Of a stretch of DNA of 32,000 nucleotides, positions 1 through 9,183 are shown piece by piece. A program made the translations under genes and the position numbers. How positions within the stretch are numbered: position 1 is the stretch's first letter; every line of letters begins with the position of its first letter. The notes under the pieces were generated by a model. The model saw nothing but the letters and a program-made list of their open reading frames with translations, searched no databases and was not told where the DNA came from. This DNA comes from an uncultured Erysipelotrichaceae bacterium (GTDB lineage Bacteria > Bacillota_I > Bacilli_A > Erysipelotrichales > Erysipelotrichaceae): the NCBI GenBank assembly GCA_942492995.1, contig OW818653.1, forward strand, positions 1,440,001-1,472,000. The letters run 5' to 3'.

Positions 1-262
1 CATACCCTAGCTCAAATTCATAATTATCTTCTTGATTAAGATATAAGTTCCCAATTAGTTTGTTATTTTCTTTCAAACAGACCGCATAAAAAGATTCACT
101 AGTCGAACGCTTTATCGCCTCTTCTAGTGCTTGTTCCTTAGTGTAGACCTCATAAGGTTCGAATTTTACAACTGATTCATCTGACAAGTATTCATATAAA
201 TCGTGTGCATCATCTCTTGTAAATCTTCGAATAATCAATCTTTCTGTAATTATATTTTGCAT
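1..262 (-). CDS. GNAT family N-acetyltransferase (RimJ/RimL-like), 5' part only; gene runs off the window start
   Basis: Own translation of the minus strand from ATG at 262-260, with GAGG a few nt upstream. It reads MQNIITERLIIRRFTRDDAHDLYEYLSDESVVKFEPYEVYTKEQALEEAIKRSTSESFYAVCLKENNKLIGNLYLNQEDNYEFELGY and stays open to position 1. The N-terminal ERLxxRxFxxxD pattern is typical of this GNAT subgroup. It is absent from the ORF track because it is truncated. Confidence 0.7.
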   Translation of the reverse strand, partial: MQNIITERLIIRRFTRDDAHDLYEYLSDESVVKFEPYEVYTKEQALEEAIKRSTSESFYAVCLKENNKLIGNLYLNQEDNYEFELGY

Positions 263-309
263 TATTAACCTCATACTTTAAATGAATTTTATTAAATTAA
301 TTGTAATTT

Positions 310-603
310 TTATTTATCAGTTATTACTTTACTTTGTTTTAATACAATGAGATTTACTAAGATTGTAACAAATAATAGTGCAAAAGAAATTCCAATTGAT
401 ACTTCAATAGTATCTAAGACTGCTATCCAATCTGAAACAATAGCTCTCGATTCTACCCATACTAATTGAAACACAATCGCTAGAGAAACCATGCTTAGAC
501 TTATGACTGATATAATGTTTTTATCGAATCTGGATCGAAAAGTAATAATTGGTAGAAAAATAGCGATTAAACCAAATAATAAACTAAATAAATTAGAATA
601 CAT
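310..603 (-). CDS. small hydrophobic membrane protein, unknown function
   Basis: 97-aa ORF that is almost entirely hydrophobic (about 3 TM segments). A strong SD (AGGGGGA) precedes the ATG at 603. It is the last gene of the DUF2089 operon. Confidence 0.5.
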   Translation of the reverse strand: MYSNLFSLLFGLIAIFLPIITFRSRFDKNIISVISLSMVSLAIVFQLVWVESRAIVSDWIAVLDTIEVSIGISFALLFVTILVNLIVLKQSKVITDK

Positions 604-632
604 TATAGTTCCCCCTTTATTAGTTAAATTTA

Positions 633-950
633 TTACAAATCTTGAATTTTCATTTTGTCGAGTTCTCTATTCATACTACTTCTTTCGCGAATTACATAAT
701 AGATAGATAAAAGAATAAGTGTTGGTATATTAGATAATACGAATATCATTAGAATTCTACCTACCATATCAATCCAAGTAAAATGATCATTAAAACCAAT
801 ATTCGCTACAGATATCAATGAAAACATTACAAATAATATTGGAATAATCAATCCTGGAATCTTACTTTTTGATTTAGATAAAAACACCTGTAATAAAATA
901 ACTAATCCAATCATAATCAACATTATTAATGTATTTAGTCCATTAATCAT
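633..950 (-). CDS. small membrane protein, unknown function
   Basis: 105-aa ORF with about 3 TM segments and a charged C-terminal tail. Its ATG overlaps the stop of the upstream DUF2089 gene (ATGA), and an AGGGGGAG SD lies inside that gene's end. This indicates translational coupling. Confidence 0.55.
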   Translation of the reverse strand: MINGLNTLIMLIMIGLVILLQVFLSKSKSKIPGLIIPILFVMFSLISVANIGFNDHFTWIDMVGRILMIFVLSNIPTLILLSIYYVIRERSSMNRELDKMKIQDL

Positions 951-1246
951 TTTGACTCCCCCTTAAATTTCTTGTACTCATTAATTAATAATTTTGCGGA
1001 ATTGTATTCCAGTTTATCATTGACTACTAAACTTTTTATTAATGATACATACGCATCATTCGCATTATCTTCACTGATTTCTATTTTCTTAATTAGTTTG
1101 TCTAAGCGTAATCTCACTGTCGGATATGTTACTCCATATTGGTGTGCAATATCCTTCAACGATCCTGAAGACACAATAAATTTTTTTATAAAAGAAACAT
1201 CTTCATCATCAAGATTTGCCATCCACTCAGGAACAATTTCAATCAT
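947..1246 (-). CDS. DUF2089-like DNA-binding protein (HTH portion, no zinc ribbon)
   Basis: The segment LDDEDVSFIKKFIVSSGSLKDIAHQYGVTYPTVRLRLDKLIKKI matches the conserved C-terminal HTH block of DUF2089 proteins as I recall the family. An AAGGTG SD lies upstream. Confidence 0.7.
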   Translation of the reverse strand: MIEIVPEWMANLDDEDVSFIKKFIVSSGSLKDIAHQYGVTYPTVRLRLDKLIKKIEISEDNANDAYVSLIKSLVVNDKLEYNSAKLLINEYKKFKGESK

Positions 1247-1259
1247 TTACTGTCACCTT

Positions 1260-1302
1260 CTTTAATATTATTAAGTATATCCTTTAATATTATTAAAGTA
1301 AA
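1260..1302 (-). promoter_or_regulatory. promoter of the DUF2089 operon with two tandem palindromic operator copies
   Basis: On the minus strand: -35 TTTACT (1302-1297), a 17-nt spacer, then -10 TATACT (1279-1274). The palindrome CTTTAATA-T-TATTAAAG lies at 1282-1298, inside the spacer. A near copy, CTTTAATATTATTAAG, lies at 1260-1275 over the expected TSS. The two starts are 22 nt apart. Confidence 0.45.
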
Positions 1303-1320
1303 CAGTCAATTACACTCAAC

Positions 1321-1346
1321 CAAACAAAAACCGCATTTTAGCGGTT
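1321..1346 (-). terminator. intrinsic terminator after the cupin gene; copy D of the ssrA-terminator hairpin family
   Basis: The minus strand reads AACCGC-taaaat-GCGGTT followed by TTTTTGTTTG. 13 of 14 nt (caaacaaaaaccgc) match the ssrA terminator flank at 12511-12524. Confidence 0.6.
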
Positions 1347-1389
1347 AATGAATCATAGCGAATACTATTTAACTCTACGCATGATATAT

Positions 1390-1791
1390 TCACTCAATAT
1401 TAGAATAGTCCTCATCACTGATTTGTTCTAACCATTCAGTCTCATAATTATCCGCAGGTACTTCAACCGCAAGATGCGTAAACATACTATTACGAGAAGC
1501 TCCATGCCAATGTTTTACACCAACTGGTATTTGAACGATATCTCCAGGATTTAAAATTTGAACTTCTTTCCCAAGTTCTTGATAATATCCTCTTCCACTT
1601 ATAGCCATCAATATTTGACCACCACCATGATGAATATGCCAATTATTTCTACAGCTTGGTTCAAATGTTACATTCATAACTTTTACACCATCGGTTGTTA
1701 ACATATTTAAATACGCTTGGCCTTTGAAGTATTGACTAAACTTTTCAGGCATTGGATCACCTATTGGGAACAATGTTTTATATTCTTGCAT
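1390..1791 (-). CDS. cupin domain protein
   Basis: 133 aa. The motifs NNWHIHHGGGQIL and GDIVQIPVGVKHWHGA are the two classic cupin His-containing motifs. The gene directly follows the CMD gene, with stop and start 1 nt apart. Confidence 0.8.
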   Translation of the reverse strand: MQEYKTLFPIGDPMPEKFSQYFKGQAYLNMLTTDGVKVMNVTFEPSCRNNWHIHHGGGQILMAISGRGYYQELGKEVQILNPGDIVQIPVGVKHWHGASRNSMFTHLAVEVPADNYETEWLEQISDEDYSNIE

Positions 1792-1792
1792 A

Positions 1793-2545
1793 TTATTTTG
1801 TACTCATTTCCGCATCATTGATGCATTTTAGGGCATTAAGCGCTCTAGGATAACCGATATAAGGAATACATTGGGAAACTACATTAATAAGAAATTGTTT
1901 ATTATTTCCAATTCTCATATTTGCGGTAGAATGATAAATTAACTGAGATTCACATCCACCTTGTGCCATTAATAGACAAAACGTTATAATTTCTCTCTGA
2001 CGATAATCTAATCCATTTCTAGTGTAATAATCCCCGAAACAATTCTTTGTTAACCATTGATTAATGTGCAGAGTTTCTTCAGGTGCTTTTTGATGAAATT
2101 CGCGCATGTTCTCACCTGAGATACTTACCATCGCATCTATCCCTTTTTCTAATCGATTTTCAGGACTGGTTGTCGATTGGTTTTCTAATGGTAGTTTTAT
2201 ACCCATTTGAATGAAAACATCATTCGTTAATGTTAAGAATGGTCTTACTCTTCCTATGCCAAGATAAGCAACTGATTGATAAACTATTTCTTTTATTTCA
2301 ATTGGTGATAATCTTGATTTCAACGCTTCATTTAACATTATTTTATATTCATCAATGCCCTGACATCCGATTAAGGACGCGAGTAATACAATGTATTTAG
2401 TTTTTTCATCTAAGTTAGTCTGTGTATTTACTTCGTTCGACACAAAATTATAGAAAAATTCACTAAATTCAGGATCCGTTTCACGTAATTTTATCTCGTC
2501 TTCAGTAAGAAATCTTTTATGCATATCATTCGCTAAATTCGTCAT
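1793..2545 (-). CDS. carboxymuconolactone decarboxylase (CMD/AhpD-like) family protein, two-domain type
   Basis: 250 aa. Its length and sequence pattern are typical of duplicated-CMD proteins that commonly pair with a cupin gene in Firmicutes. This is a family-level call only. Confidence 0.75.
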   Translation of the reverse strand: MTNLANDMHKRFLTEDEIKLRETDPEFSEFFYNFVSNEVNTQTNLDEKTKYIVLLASLIGCQGIDEYKIMLNEALKSRLSPIEIKEIVYQSVAYLGIGRVRPFLTLTNDVFIQMGIKLPLENQSTTSPENRLEKGIDAMVSISGENMREFHQKAPEETLHINQWLTKNCFGDYYTRNGLDYRQREIITFCLLMAQGGCESQLIYHSTANMRIGNNKQFLINVVSQCIPYIGYPRALNALKCINDAEMSTK

Positions 2546-2665
2546 TTTTACTCCTTTGTATCTAACTGATTTATTCTAATTAGTTGATGGTACTGTTATA
2601 AAACTATCGTAGTCTTTTATAAATTGAAAATCAAACTCATGTTTCTTAAAATTAATTAGTAATAC

Positions 2666-4048
2666 TTAGATAACTTGATGACTTAACCATTTTCCATTCT
2701 GATATCTTCTCATACTCAAGAAAGCACGAATACACCAATCAAGTCCCATTGCCAAGGCAATCCCAATAACACCAAGATTGAATACAATCCCAAACAAGTA
2801 AGATAAGATAACTCGCATAATAACTGTCGCAAAGATTGATGTATACATTGCGTATTTAACATCACCAGCAGCTCTTAATCCGTTTGTGAATGGGGAAGAG
2901 ATTGGGAACGCTAGCGCATTAAACAAATTATGGATAAACACTAATACAATAACTAACTGCTTAGTTTCAGGTGTTAGATCATATGCCATTAATGCGAATG
3001 GTACAATTGCTAACATAAATACATTCCATAAAACTGAGCTAAATAGCGCTATCTTCAATAATTTAATCATGTAATATTTCGCAGCTTCTATATCCTTAGA
3101 CCCGAGTGATTGACCGATAATTGTTATAAAAGCAGGGCCAAATGAAACACCAATTAGTGCAGACATAGACCAAAATCCTTGTGCAACGCCATTTGCCGCA
3201 ATTTGACTTGTCCCAAATAACGCTGTAATCGAGCTTAATACGACTTTAGAGATTTGAAATAAACCTTGTTCGATTGAGTTAGGAATCGCTATTCTAAGAA
3301 TTCGTTTCATCATATCGATATGCCAACTCATTATTTGTTTTAACCGTAATGTTAGTTCTTGGTTTTCTCTAAAACACCAAACAACAATAACAACTGCCGC
3401 AAAAACCCTTGATACAAATGTTGGCCACGCAACACCCGCAACACCTGCTTTTAAGATAAATACACCAATATAGTTACCCACAATATTAATGCCATTCATC
3501 CATAATGATAGATGCATGGTACTTTTTGTACGTCCCATACTTCTAAACAATGCGGCACCTGCACTATATAATGCGATTGCTGGAAACGTATACGTCATAA
3601 TCGTAAGATACGTAACACTCGCTTCCATAACAGCTGGTTCAACACTTCCAAATAACCAGTTCAAGATATATTGACGAGAAACTAGTGTCACAATCATTGA
3701 GAAAATTGAGATTACACCAGACAAAGCCATAAGTTGACTTGCGGCTAAATCAGTTAATGAACGATCTTTACGTCCAATCGCTTGACTGACAACGACAGCA
3801 CCACCAGAAGCTAAAGCTGTGAATATATAGATAAATATCGTAATAAACATATTTACGAGTGAAACGCCTGATACAGCTGCTTCGCCTGCATAACTAACCA
3901 TTAACGTATCTGCTATTCCTACAAGCATGACTAAAAATTGTTCGACGAACAATGGTAATATTAATTGTTTTAAATATGAATTCTTAAAGATCTTACGATC
4001 TTCAGAAATTTGATTCTTTGGTTCAATCCATTTTAATATCCACATCAT
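2666..4048 (-). CDS. MATE family efflux transporter
   Basis: 460 aa with about 12 TM segments. The N-terminal block LILPLFVEQFLVMLVGIADTLMVS is typical of MatE/NorM-type proteins. Confidence 0.9.
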   Translation of the reverse strand: MMWILKWIEPKNQISEDRKIFKNSYLKQLILPLFVEQFLVMLVGIADTLMVSYAGEAAVSGVSLVNMFITIFIYIFTALASGGAVVVSQAIGRKDRSLTDLAASQLMALSGVISIFSMIVTLVSRQYILNWLFGSVEPAVMEASVTYLTIMTYTFPAIALYSAGAALFRSMGRTKSTMHLSLWMNGINIVGNYIGVFILKAGVAGVAWPTFVSRVFAAVVIVVWCFRENQELTLRLKQIMSWHIDMMKRILRIAIPNSIEQGLFQISKVVLSSITALFGTSQIAANGVAQGFWSMSALIGVSFGPAFITIIGQSLGSKDIEAAKYYMIKLLKIALFSSVLWNVFMLAIVPFALMAYDLTPETKQLVIVLVFIHNLFNALAFPISSPFTNGLRAAGDVKYAMYTSIFATVIMRVILSYLFGIVFNLGVIGIALAMGLDWCIRAFLSMRRYQNGKWLSHQVI

Positions 4049-4121
4049 GATAATTACCTCACTCTATGGATAGTTTAATATTACATCTAATATATATCAA
4101 ATACTTATAATGAATAATCCA

Positions 4122-5009
4122 CTATGCCTTTAAAGCATCATTAATAAACCTTAGAAATAACCGTGTTGCAGGATTCATTTGTTGATTTTTCTTCCAAGCT
4201 AATACATGACCTGTGGATTGTTCTGGATTAAGAGGAATAAAGCGAATATGCTCATCATTACGAATGAGAAGAGCTCCTTCTATACTTATCGGATAAGCAA
4301 CATCTTGTTTTAAGAGAAGTAATGTATTCGTTATTAAATTTTGTGTAGCCACAATATTGAGTTCTTCTTTTTTAATCCCTAACCATTGTTCTAACTCATC
4401 TTGAACAATAGATCGGCTTGAAAAGATTAAAGGCAACGATTTTAGTTGTTCTACATTTATTTGTTCTAAATTAGATAATGGGTGAGTCTTTGGTAATAGT
4501 ACGCCCCATCTTTCCTTAACATCTAGATGAACTGAATCATATCGTGCGGTCTCAATAGGTTCTAAAAGTATCGCTAAATCAATTAAACTACGATCAAGCT
4601 TTTCTCTTAAATCATCTCCAGCTCCACTAACAATATCAAATACTACACAGGGCTGAACTTCCTTAAATGCTTTAATCCATTGGACTAACAATAATGAAGC
4701 TTTACTCTCTACACAACCAATTGATATTGTCCCAATTAACTCAATCCGAGATTCATGTAGATCACGTTCAGTTTTAACCACAAGATTCAACAATTCTTGA
4801 GCTCTCTGAACTAAAAGTTGTCCACTCTCAGTTAAAATAATTGATCGTTTACCTCGTACAAATAATTGCGTGTTAAGCTCTTTTTCTAACTCACTAAGTT
4901 GTCGACTTAATGTAGGTTGAGTAATGTGCAAACGGTTCGCAGCACGTGTTATATTGCCTTCTTTTGCTAACATGACAAAATACTCCAATACTCTTATTTC
5001 CATGTCCAA
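4122..5009 (-). CDS. LysR family transcriptional regulator
   Basis: 295 aa. It has the N-terminal wHTH LEYFVMLAKEGNITRAANRLHITQPTLSRQLSELEKEL and a LysR substrate-binding domain. It is divergent from the AKR gene. Confidence 0.9.
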   Translation of the reverse strand: MDMEIRVLEYFVMLAKEGNITRAANRLHITQPTLSRQLSELEKELNTQLFVRGKRSIILTESGQLLVQRAQELLNLVVKTERDLHESRIELIGTISIGCVESKASLLLVQWIKAFKEVQPCVVFDIVSGAGDDLREKLDRSLIDLAILLEPIETARYDSVHLDVKERWGVLLPKTHPLSNLEQINVEQLKSLPLIFSSRSIVQDELEQWLGIKKEELNIVATQNLITNTLLLLKQDVAYPISIEGALLIRNDEHIRFIPLNPEQSTGHVLAWKKNQQMNPATRLFLRFINDALKA

Positions 5010-5174
5010 ACCTCTTTTCTAAATTTTCTCATAATTTCAACCTTGATACAAACCGAACATATTTAGATATTGAAAATCAATCCAATAATAAATTCATAAA
5101 AAAGTATAATTTCCGCTTGCATATAAAGTTGGCTTTAGGTTTATGATGTGAATATCCTGAGAGGAGTACAACGT

Positions 5175-6152
5175 ATGGAATATATAAAACTAGGAAATAC
5201 CGGATTAGATGTATCTAGAATTTGTTTAGGATGTATGAGTTTTGGGATCCCAACCCAAGGATATCCTGAATGGTCACTACCAGAAGAAGAAAGTCGAAAG
5301 ATTATTAAACATGCTTTAGATATAGGTATAAACTTTTTTGATACAGCAAATATTTATAGTGGAGGCTCTAGTGAAGAAATTCTAGGGCAAGCATTAAAAG
5401 ATTTCGCTAAAAGAGAAGATGTTGTAATTGCGTCTAAGGTTTATAACACGAATAAGAAAGGTCCAAATTCTAGAGGACTTTCAAGAAAGATTATTATGAG
5501 TGAGATTGAATTAACGCTCAAAAGATTACAAACAGATTATTTAGATTTATACATCATTCATAGATGGGATGAATTTACTCCAATCGAAGAAACCATGGAA
5601 GCATTACATGATCTAGTTAAAGCTGGTAAAGTGAGATACATTGGCGCATCTAGTATGTATGCTTGGCAGTTTGCGAAAGCACAACAAGTTGCGAAAGAAA
5701 GAGGTTGGACTCAATTTGTTTCGATGCAAAACAAGTACAACTTATTCTATCGTGAAGAAGAACGCGAAATGATTCCGTTATTGCAAGATCAAAAAGTTGC
5801 TATGACACCTTATCAACCTCTTGCAGGTGGAAGATTAGCACGATTTAGAGATGAACAAACTGTAAGAGCTGAATCACAAGCAGCGAATAAGAGTTCAACA
5901 ACTCTATACAGTGACGAATGTGAAAATGAAATAAACAATAGAGTTGAAGAATTAGCAAAGAAACACAATGTTGGTAAGAGTATTATTTCCATGTCTTGGA
6001 TATTTAGTAAGAGTTTTATAACATCCGCTTTGATTGGTAGTTCTAAGACCCAACAACTTGATGATGCAGTACTAGCTCTTGATTTTAAATTAAGTAATGA
6101 AGAAATTAAATATTTAGAAGATGCGTATATACCTCATTTCCTAAGATTCTAG
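5175..6152 (+). CDS. aldo/keto reductase
   Basis: The N-terminus MEYIKLGNTGLDVSRICLGCMSFG and the motifs FFDTANIYSGG and LYIIHRWD are AKR hallmarks. I moved the start from the track's GTG at 5148 to the ATG at 5175, which sits behind GAGAGGAG. Confidence 0.9.
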   Translation: MEYIKLGNTGLDVSRICLGCMSFGIPTQGYPEWSLPEEESRKIIKHALDIGINFFDTANIYSGGSSEEILGQALKDFAKREDVVIASKVYNTNKKGPNSRGLSRKIIMSEIELTLKRLQTDYLDLYIIHRWDEFTPIEETMEALHDLVKAGKVRYIGASSMYAWQFAKAQQVAKERGWTQFVSMQNKYNLFYREEEREMIPLLQDQKVAMTPYQPLAGGRLARFRDEQTVRAESQAANKSSTTLYSDECENEINNRVEELAKKHNVGKSIISMSWIFSKSFITSALIGSSKTQQLDDAVLALDFKLSNEEIKYLEDAYIPHFLRF

Positions 6153-6222
6153 ATCGTATATTTATTACATTAAAATTACAAGGTAGATATAAACTGGATA
6201 ATATAAAGACAAAGTTCGAAAA

Positions 6223-6501
6223 CTAGATATGTAAAAATAATGTAACTGTAACCAAGTCTCCTCCAGTTTTACCTATAGAATCTCTTATTTTCTTATTAAT
6301 CGAAATCATTCGATCTTCATCTTTCCTTGGTGCGAGATTAATATTTCTTACTTCATAACCATCGATTGTCCCAGAAACTTTTAGTAATCCCCACTTACCT
6401 TCCAATTGAGATGTACCTGGTATTACTATGTGATAGGTCCAAGCACCAAACCCAAATTTATATTTTAGTTCTAATTGTTGATTACTGATAATTTCCTTCA
6501 T
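6223..6501 (-). CDS. DUF1905 domain protein
   Basis: 92 aa. The pattern GAWTYHIVIPG...LKVSGTIDGYEV...GGDLVTVTL fits the DUF1905 small beta-barrel family as I recall it. Confidence 0.6.
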   Translation of the reverse strand: MKEIISNQQLELKYKFGFGAWTYHIVIPGTSQLEGKWGLLKVSGTIDGYEVRNINLAPRKDEDRMISINKKIRDSIGKTGGDLVTVTLFLHI

Positions 6502-6593
6502 TTTACCTACCTCTTTGTAATTAATATTATTATACCTCTTATGTTAATGTAGTTATAAAATCAAAATATAAAACTAAGTATTGATTCAACTAA

Positions 6594-6619
6594 AAGAGAT
6601 GAAACGTGTTCCATCTCTT
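6594..6619 (-). terminator. intrinsic terminator downstream of the XRE-DUF805 gene
   Basis: An 8-bp stem is formed by aagagatg (6594-6601) and catctctt (6612-6619). On the minus strand it is followed by TTTTAG. Confidence 0.5.
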
Positions 6620-6657
6620 TCTTTATATTTTTATAAACACTTTACATTATCAACTCA

Positions 6658-7188
6658 TTAATTATTCACTTGCCCATCATCTAAGTTCTTTGATTTTTCA
6701 GCCATAAAGTATAATACAATAATCTGACCAAATGGTACAAACAAGAACAATTGCCACCATACACTTTGCCCAGCATCATTCAATCTTCGCGCCCCTACCG
6801 CAAGAAATGGAACTAAGAATATAACAGTGATGATTTGATTAAGTCTTTCATGGATAAGGTATGCGACGGACATAACCAATACCATAAATAGTAGAAACCA
6901 CCAATATTCATAACGTGTCGCGGTCCCAGAAAAGTTTGAATATTCCAAAAATACCTTTTTAATCGCTTCTATTGGAGTGGTTGGTTGTTGTTTTTCCTGG
7001 ATAATCAATTCATTGTGATCAACATCTAGTGCCTTTGCTAGTACATTTAATGATTCAATAGATATAGTAATACCATTTTCAATTCGTTGTATTGTACGTA
7101 GACTTAAACCACTTACTTCACTAAGTTGTTCCTGTGACCAACCTTTATTTAGCCTTAGATTTTTTACTTTATTTGAATCAATTTTCAT
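6658..7188 (-). CDS. XRE-family HTH fused to a DUF805 membrane domain
   Basis: The N-terminus LRLNKGWSQEQLSEVSGLSLRTIQRIENG is a Cro/C1-type HTH. The C-terminus YEYWWFLLF...RRLNDAGQSVWW matches DUF805 signature blocks. I prefer the start at ATG 7188, which has GAGGA 8 nt upstream, over the track start at 7203, which lacks an SD. Confidence 0.8.
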   Translation of the reverse strand: MKIDSNKVKNLRLNKGWSQEQLSEVSGLSLRTIQRIENGITISIESLNVLAKALDVDHNELIIQEKQQPTTPIEAIKKVFLEYSNFSGTATRYEYWWFLLFMVLVMSVAYLIHERLNQIITVIFLVPFLAVGARRLNDAGQSVWWQLFLFVPFGQIIVLYFMAEKSKNLDDGQVNN

Positions 7189-7220
7189 ATCATTTATCCT
7201 CATTTACTTGATTTTCACTT

Positions 7221-7249
7221 ATTATAGTTAATTAACATTTATGTGTCTA
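7221..7249 (-). promoter_or_regulatory. candidate promoter of the XRE-DUF805 gene with a palindrome in the spacer
   Basis: On the minus strand: -35 TAGACA (7249-7244), a 17-nt spacer, then -10 TATAAT (7226-7221). The perfect 10-bp palindrome GTTAATTAAC (7227-7236) abuts the -10. Confidence 0.4.
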
Positions 7250-7291
7250 CGACAGTTATACGCCAATTACCCGCAAGTAGTATTATAATTT

Positions 7292-7885
7292 TTACAACAA
7301 TGACTCCTGTGACACTTCAATTCTTTTAATCAATTTAGCTGGAACTCCACCTACAACAGTTAGTGGTGCAACATCCTTTGTTACTACTGCTCCTGCCGCA
7401 ACAACTGCTCCTTGACCGATTCTAATTCCTGGCAATACAGTTACGTTAGATCCAATCCAAACATCATTCTCAATAATAATCGGTGCATAGTGATTTTTCC
7501 GTTTCTTTTCAAGCTCAAGCGCATGATTAACTGTCGCAAGAACCACATTATGTCCAATCAATACTCTATCTCCGATTGTTATTCCACCTTGATCTTGGAA
7601 TTTACATCCAGAGTTTATAAAAACATTCTTTCCAAATGTTATATTTTTCGCAAAGTCCGCATTAAATGGAGGAAATAGTTTAAAACTTTCATCTACTTTT
7701 TTTCCAATAAGTTTGGTGATTAGTTCAATAATCTCATTTTGAGTATGGTACTCAGAATTTATTTTCATGCATATTTGAATTGATTCTTGAATTAAAGACT
7801 CTACTAATTTTGATCTTTCTTCTTTAATAGATGGATCTATGATTTCATTTCTGAATCCAGCAAGTACATCATTGAGCGTTACCAT
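7292..7885 (-). CDS. sugar O-acetyltransferase (maltose/galactoside acetyltransferase family, left-handed beta-helix)
   Basis: 197 aa. It has the Mac-type N-terminal region and hexapeptide repeats ([40 protein letters not shown]). Confidence 0.85.
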   Translation of the reverse strand: MVTLNDVLAGFRNEIIDPSIKEERSKLVESLIQESIQICMKINSEYHTQNEIIELITKLIGKKVDESFKLFPPFNADFAKNITFGKNVFINSGCKFQDQGGITIGDRVLIGHNVVLATVNHALELEKKRKNHYAPIIIENDVWIGSNVTVLPGIRIGQGAVVAAGAVVTKDVAPLTVVGGVPAKLIKRIEVSQESLL

Positions 7886-7966
7886 TAATGTTCTCCTATT
7901 TGTTAAATCTGATTTAATTATAAACTATAACTATGAGCAAGATAGAAATACGCTTTTAAACTCCTA

Positions 7967-8002
7967 AACAAAACCGCTTTCCAGCGGTTCGTTCATCAAA
8001 TT
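7967..8002 (-). repeat. copy C of the ssrA terminator plus spacer (no tmRNA sequence)
   Basis: aaaaccgctttccagcggttcgttcatcaaatt (7970-8002) matches 12517-12548 plus flank at 30 of 33 positions by hand alignment. Similarity stops exactly where the tmRNA 3' end would begin. No gene ends within 300 nt upstream of it on the minus strand. Confidence 0.6.
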
Positions 8003-8301
8003 ATAATAATTAATAAGGCAGCTCATTTACTAAACAAAATTCTGCGTTAAGTAATAAATTCATTTAGCTATTATTATCTAGTGAATTAATCTTAAAAATA
8101 ATATATAAGGATCTAGATCTTTAAGACATCCAAGTATATTGAAATTATATATAGCAACATAGCCTAATCCTTTAGCAAATGAATTTGGGACTGGATTTAA
8201 CTTTATATCTTACTCCTCACTATAGCTAATCATAAACACATTTTGTTTTACTTTTATTAGGAAACCAAAATCAATATATTTTAATCATAATAAAAAAGCA
8301 A

Positions 8302-9090
8302 TTAATTATCAGACGCTAAAATACTGACCAATATTGAAAAGCGTTTCTTACCTCTTAGATTAAAGTAATCTACAATTTTATCTCCATAAATAATAACAAT
8401 CATAATAAGTTGAAGTGCTAGTAAAATATAGGCAAATACACCTATGTAATGGAATGCTGTAGGTATTTTTTGAGTCCATGGATTTAAATTAGCAAAGTAA
8501 TTAATCTGATTTTGTATCATTAATAGCGAAGCTACAAAGGTATATACTTGTAACATAAACATTATGATGTATATACTTTTATTCTTTAAACTGGCTTTAA
8601 GTTTCCCTCGTAAAAGTAATATTAGATTTGATAAAGTAAAAATTACGAAAAGTAGCATTGCAATCCCGAAACCATTATCATCTAATACTCCATATTGAAA
8701 AAGATTCTTAATAGATAAATATCCACTTATATGATATGCATATTCGTTATCAACGAATATGTTCAGTGAATCATTATAGTTAATGCTCAATGGTGTATAC
8801 TTCGCAAACATTAAACTAAGAGAAATAATTGATAAAATAATTAAATTCAGTGATTTACTATTATAAATATTTGAGTTGTCTTGTTTTTGATCTGAAATTA
8901 GAAAATCAACAGAAGTATTAAATATCTGAGCTATTCGCTTTAAGTTCTGAATATCAGGAATTCCTTCATCATTTTCCCACTTGCTTATAGCTTTACTACT
9001 AACCCCAATTAATGAAGCTAATTGTTGTTGCGTTAGTTGATTTTTACTTCTATATTCTTTTATCTTATATCCTATAGATGTTTTTTCCAT
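8302..9090 (-). CDS. XRE-family HTH fused to a polytopic membrane domain
   Basis: 262 aa. The N-terminus IKEYRSKNQLTQQQLASLIGVSSKAISKWENDEGIPDIQNLKRIAQIF is a Cro/C1 HTH. About 5 hydrophobic segments follow. A GGGGGA SD lies upstream. Confidence 0.75.
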   Translation of the reverse strand: MEKTSIGYKIKEYRSKNQLTQQQLASLIGVSSKAISKWENDEGIPDIQNLKRIAQIFNTSVDFLISDQKQDNSNIYNSKSLNLIILSIISLSLMFAKYTPLSINYNDSLNIFVDNEYAYHISGYLSIKNLFQYGVLDDNGFGIAMLLFVIFTLSNLILLLRGKLKASLKNKSIYIIMFMLQVYTFVASLLMIQNQINYFANLNPWTQKIPTAFHYIGVFAYILLALQLIMIVIIYGDKIVDYFNLRGKKRFSILVSILASDN

Positions 9091-9183
9091 TTAGAATTTC
9101 CCCCAAACTCTACTGTAAATTATGCCATTGTTTTTATCAATTCATTTCTATCTACGAATCGTATACATACCAATATTGATAAT

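Larger units (their letters stand above)
1347..7966. mobile_element. possible old, integrase-less accessory block between terminator copies D and C (weakest of the three islet calls)
   Basis: The block is bounded by copies D (1321-1346) and C (7967-8002) of the ssrA terminator motif. Its cargo is accessory-type: cupin, CMD, MATE, LysR, AKR, DUF1905, XRE-DUF805 and an acetyltransferase. No recombinase is present. Confidence 0.25.

Noticed and set aside
8090-8218. Strong SD-like GAGGAG (8218-8213, minus strand) followed by a roughly 43-codon open frame (KLNPVPNSFAKGLGYVAIYNFNILGCLKDLDPYILFLRLIH). It looked like a possible small hydrophobic toxin-like peptide.
   Set aside because: An in-frame TAA sits right after the SD. 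The open frame has no ATG, GTG or TTG start, and the first candidate would be ATA. I cannot support it as a gene.
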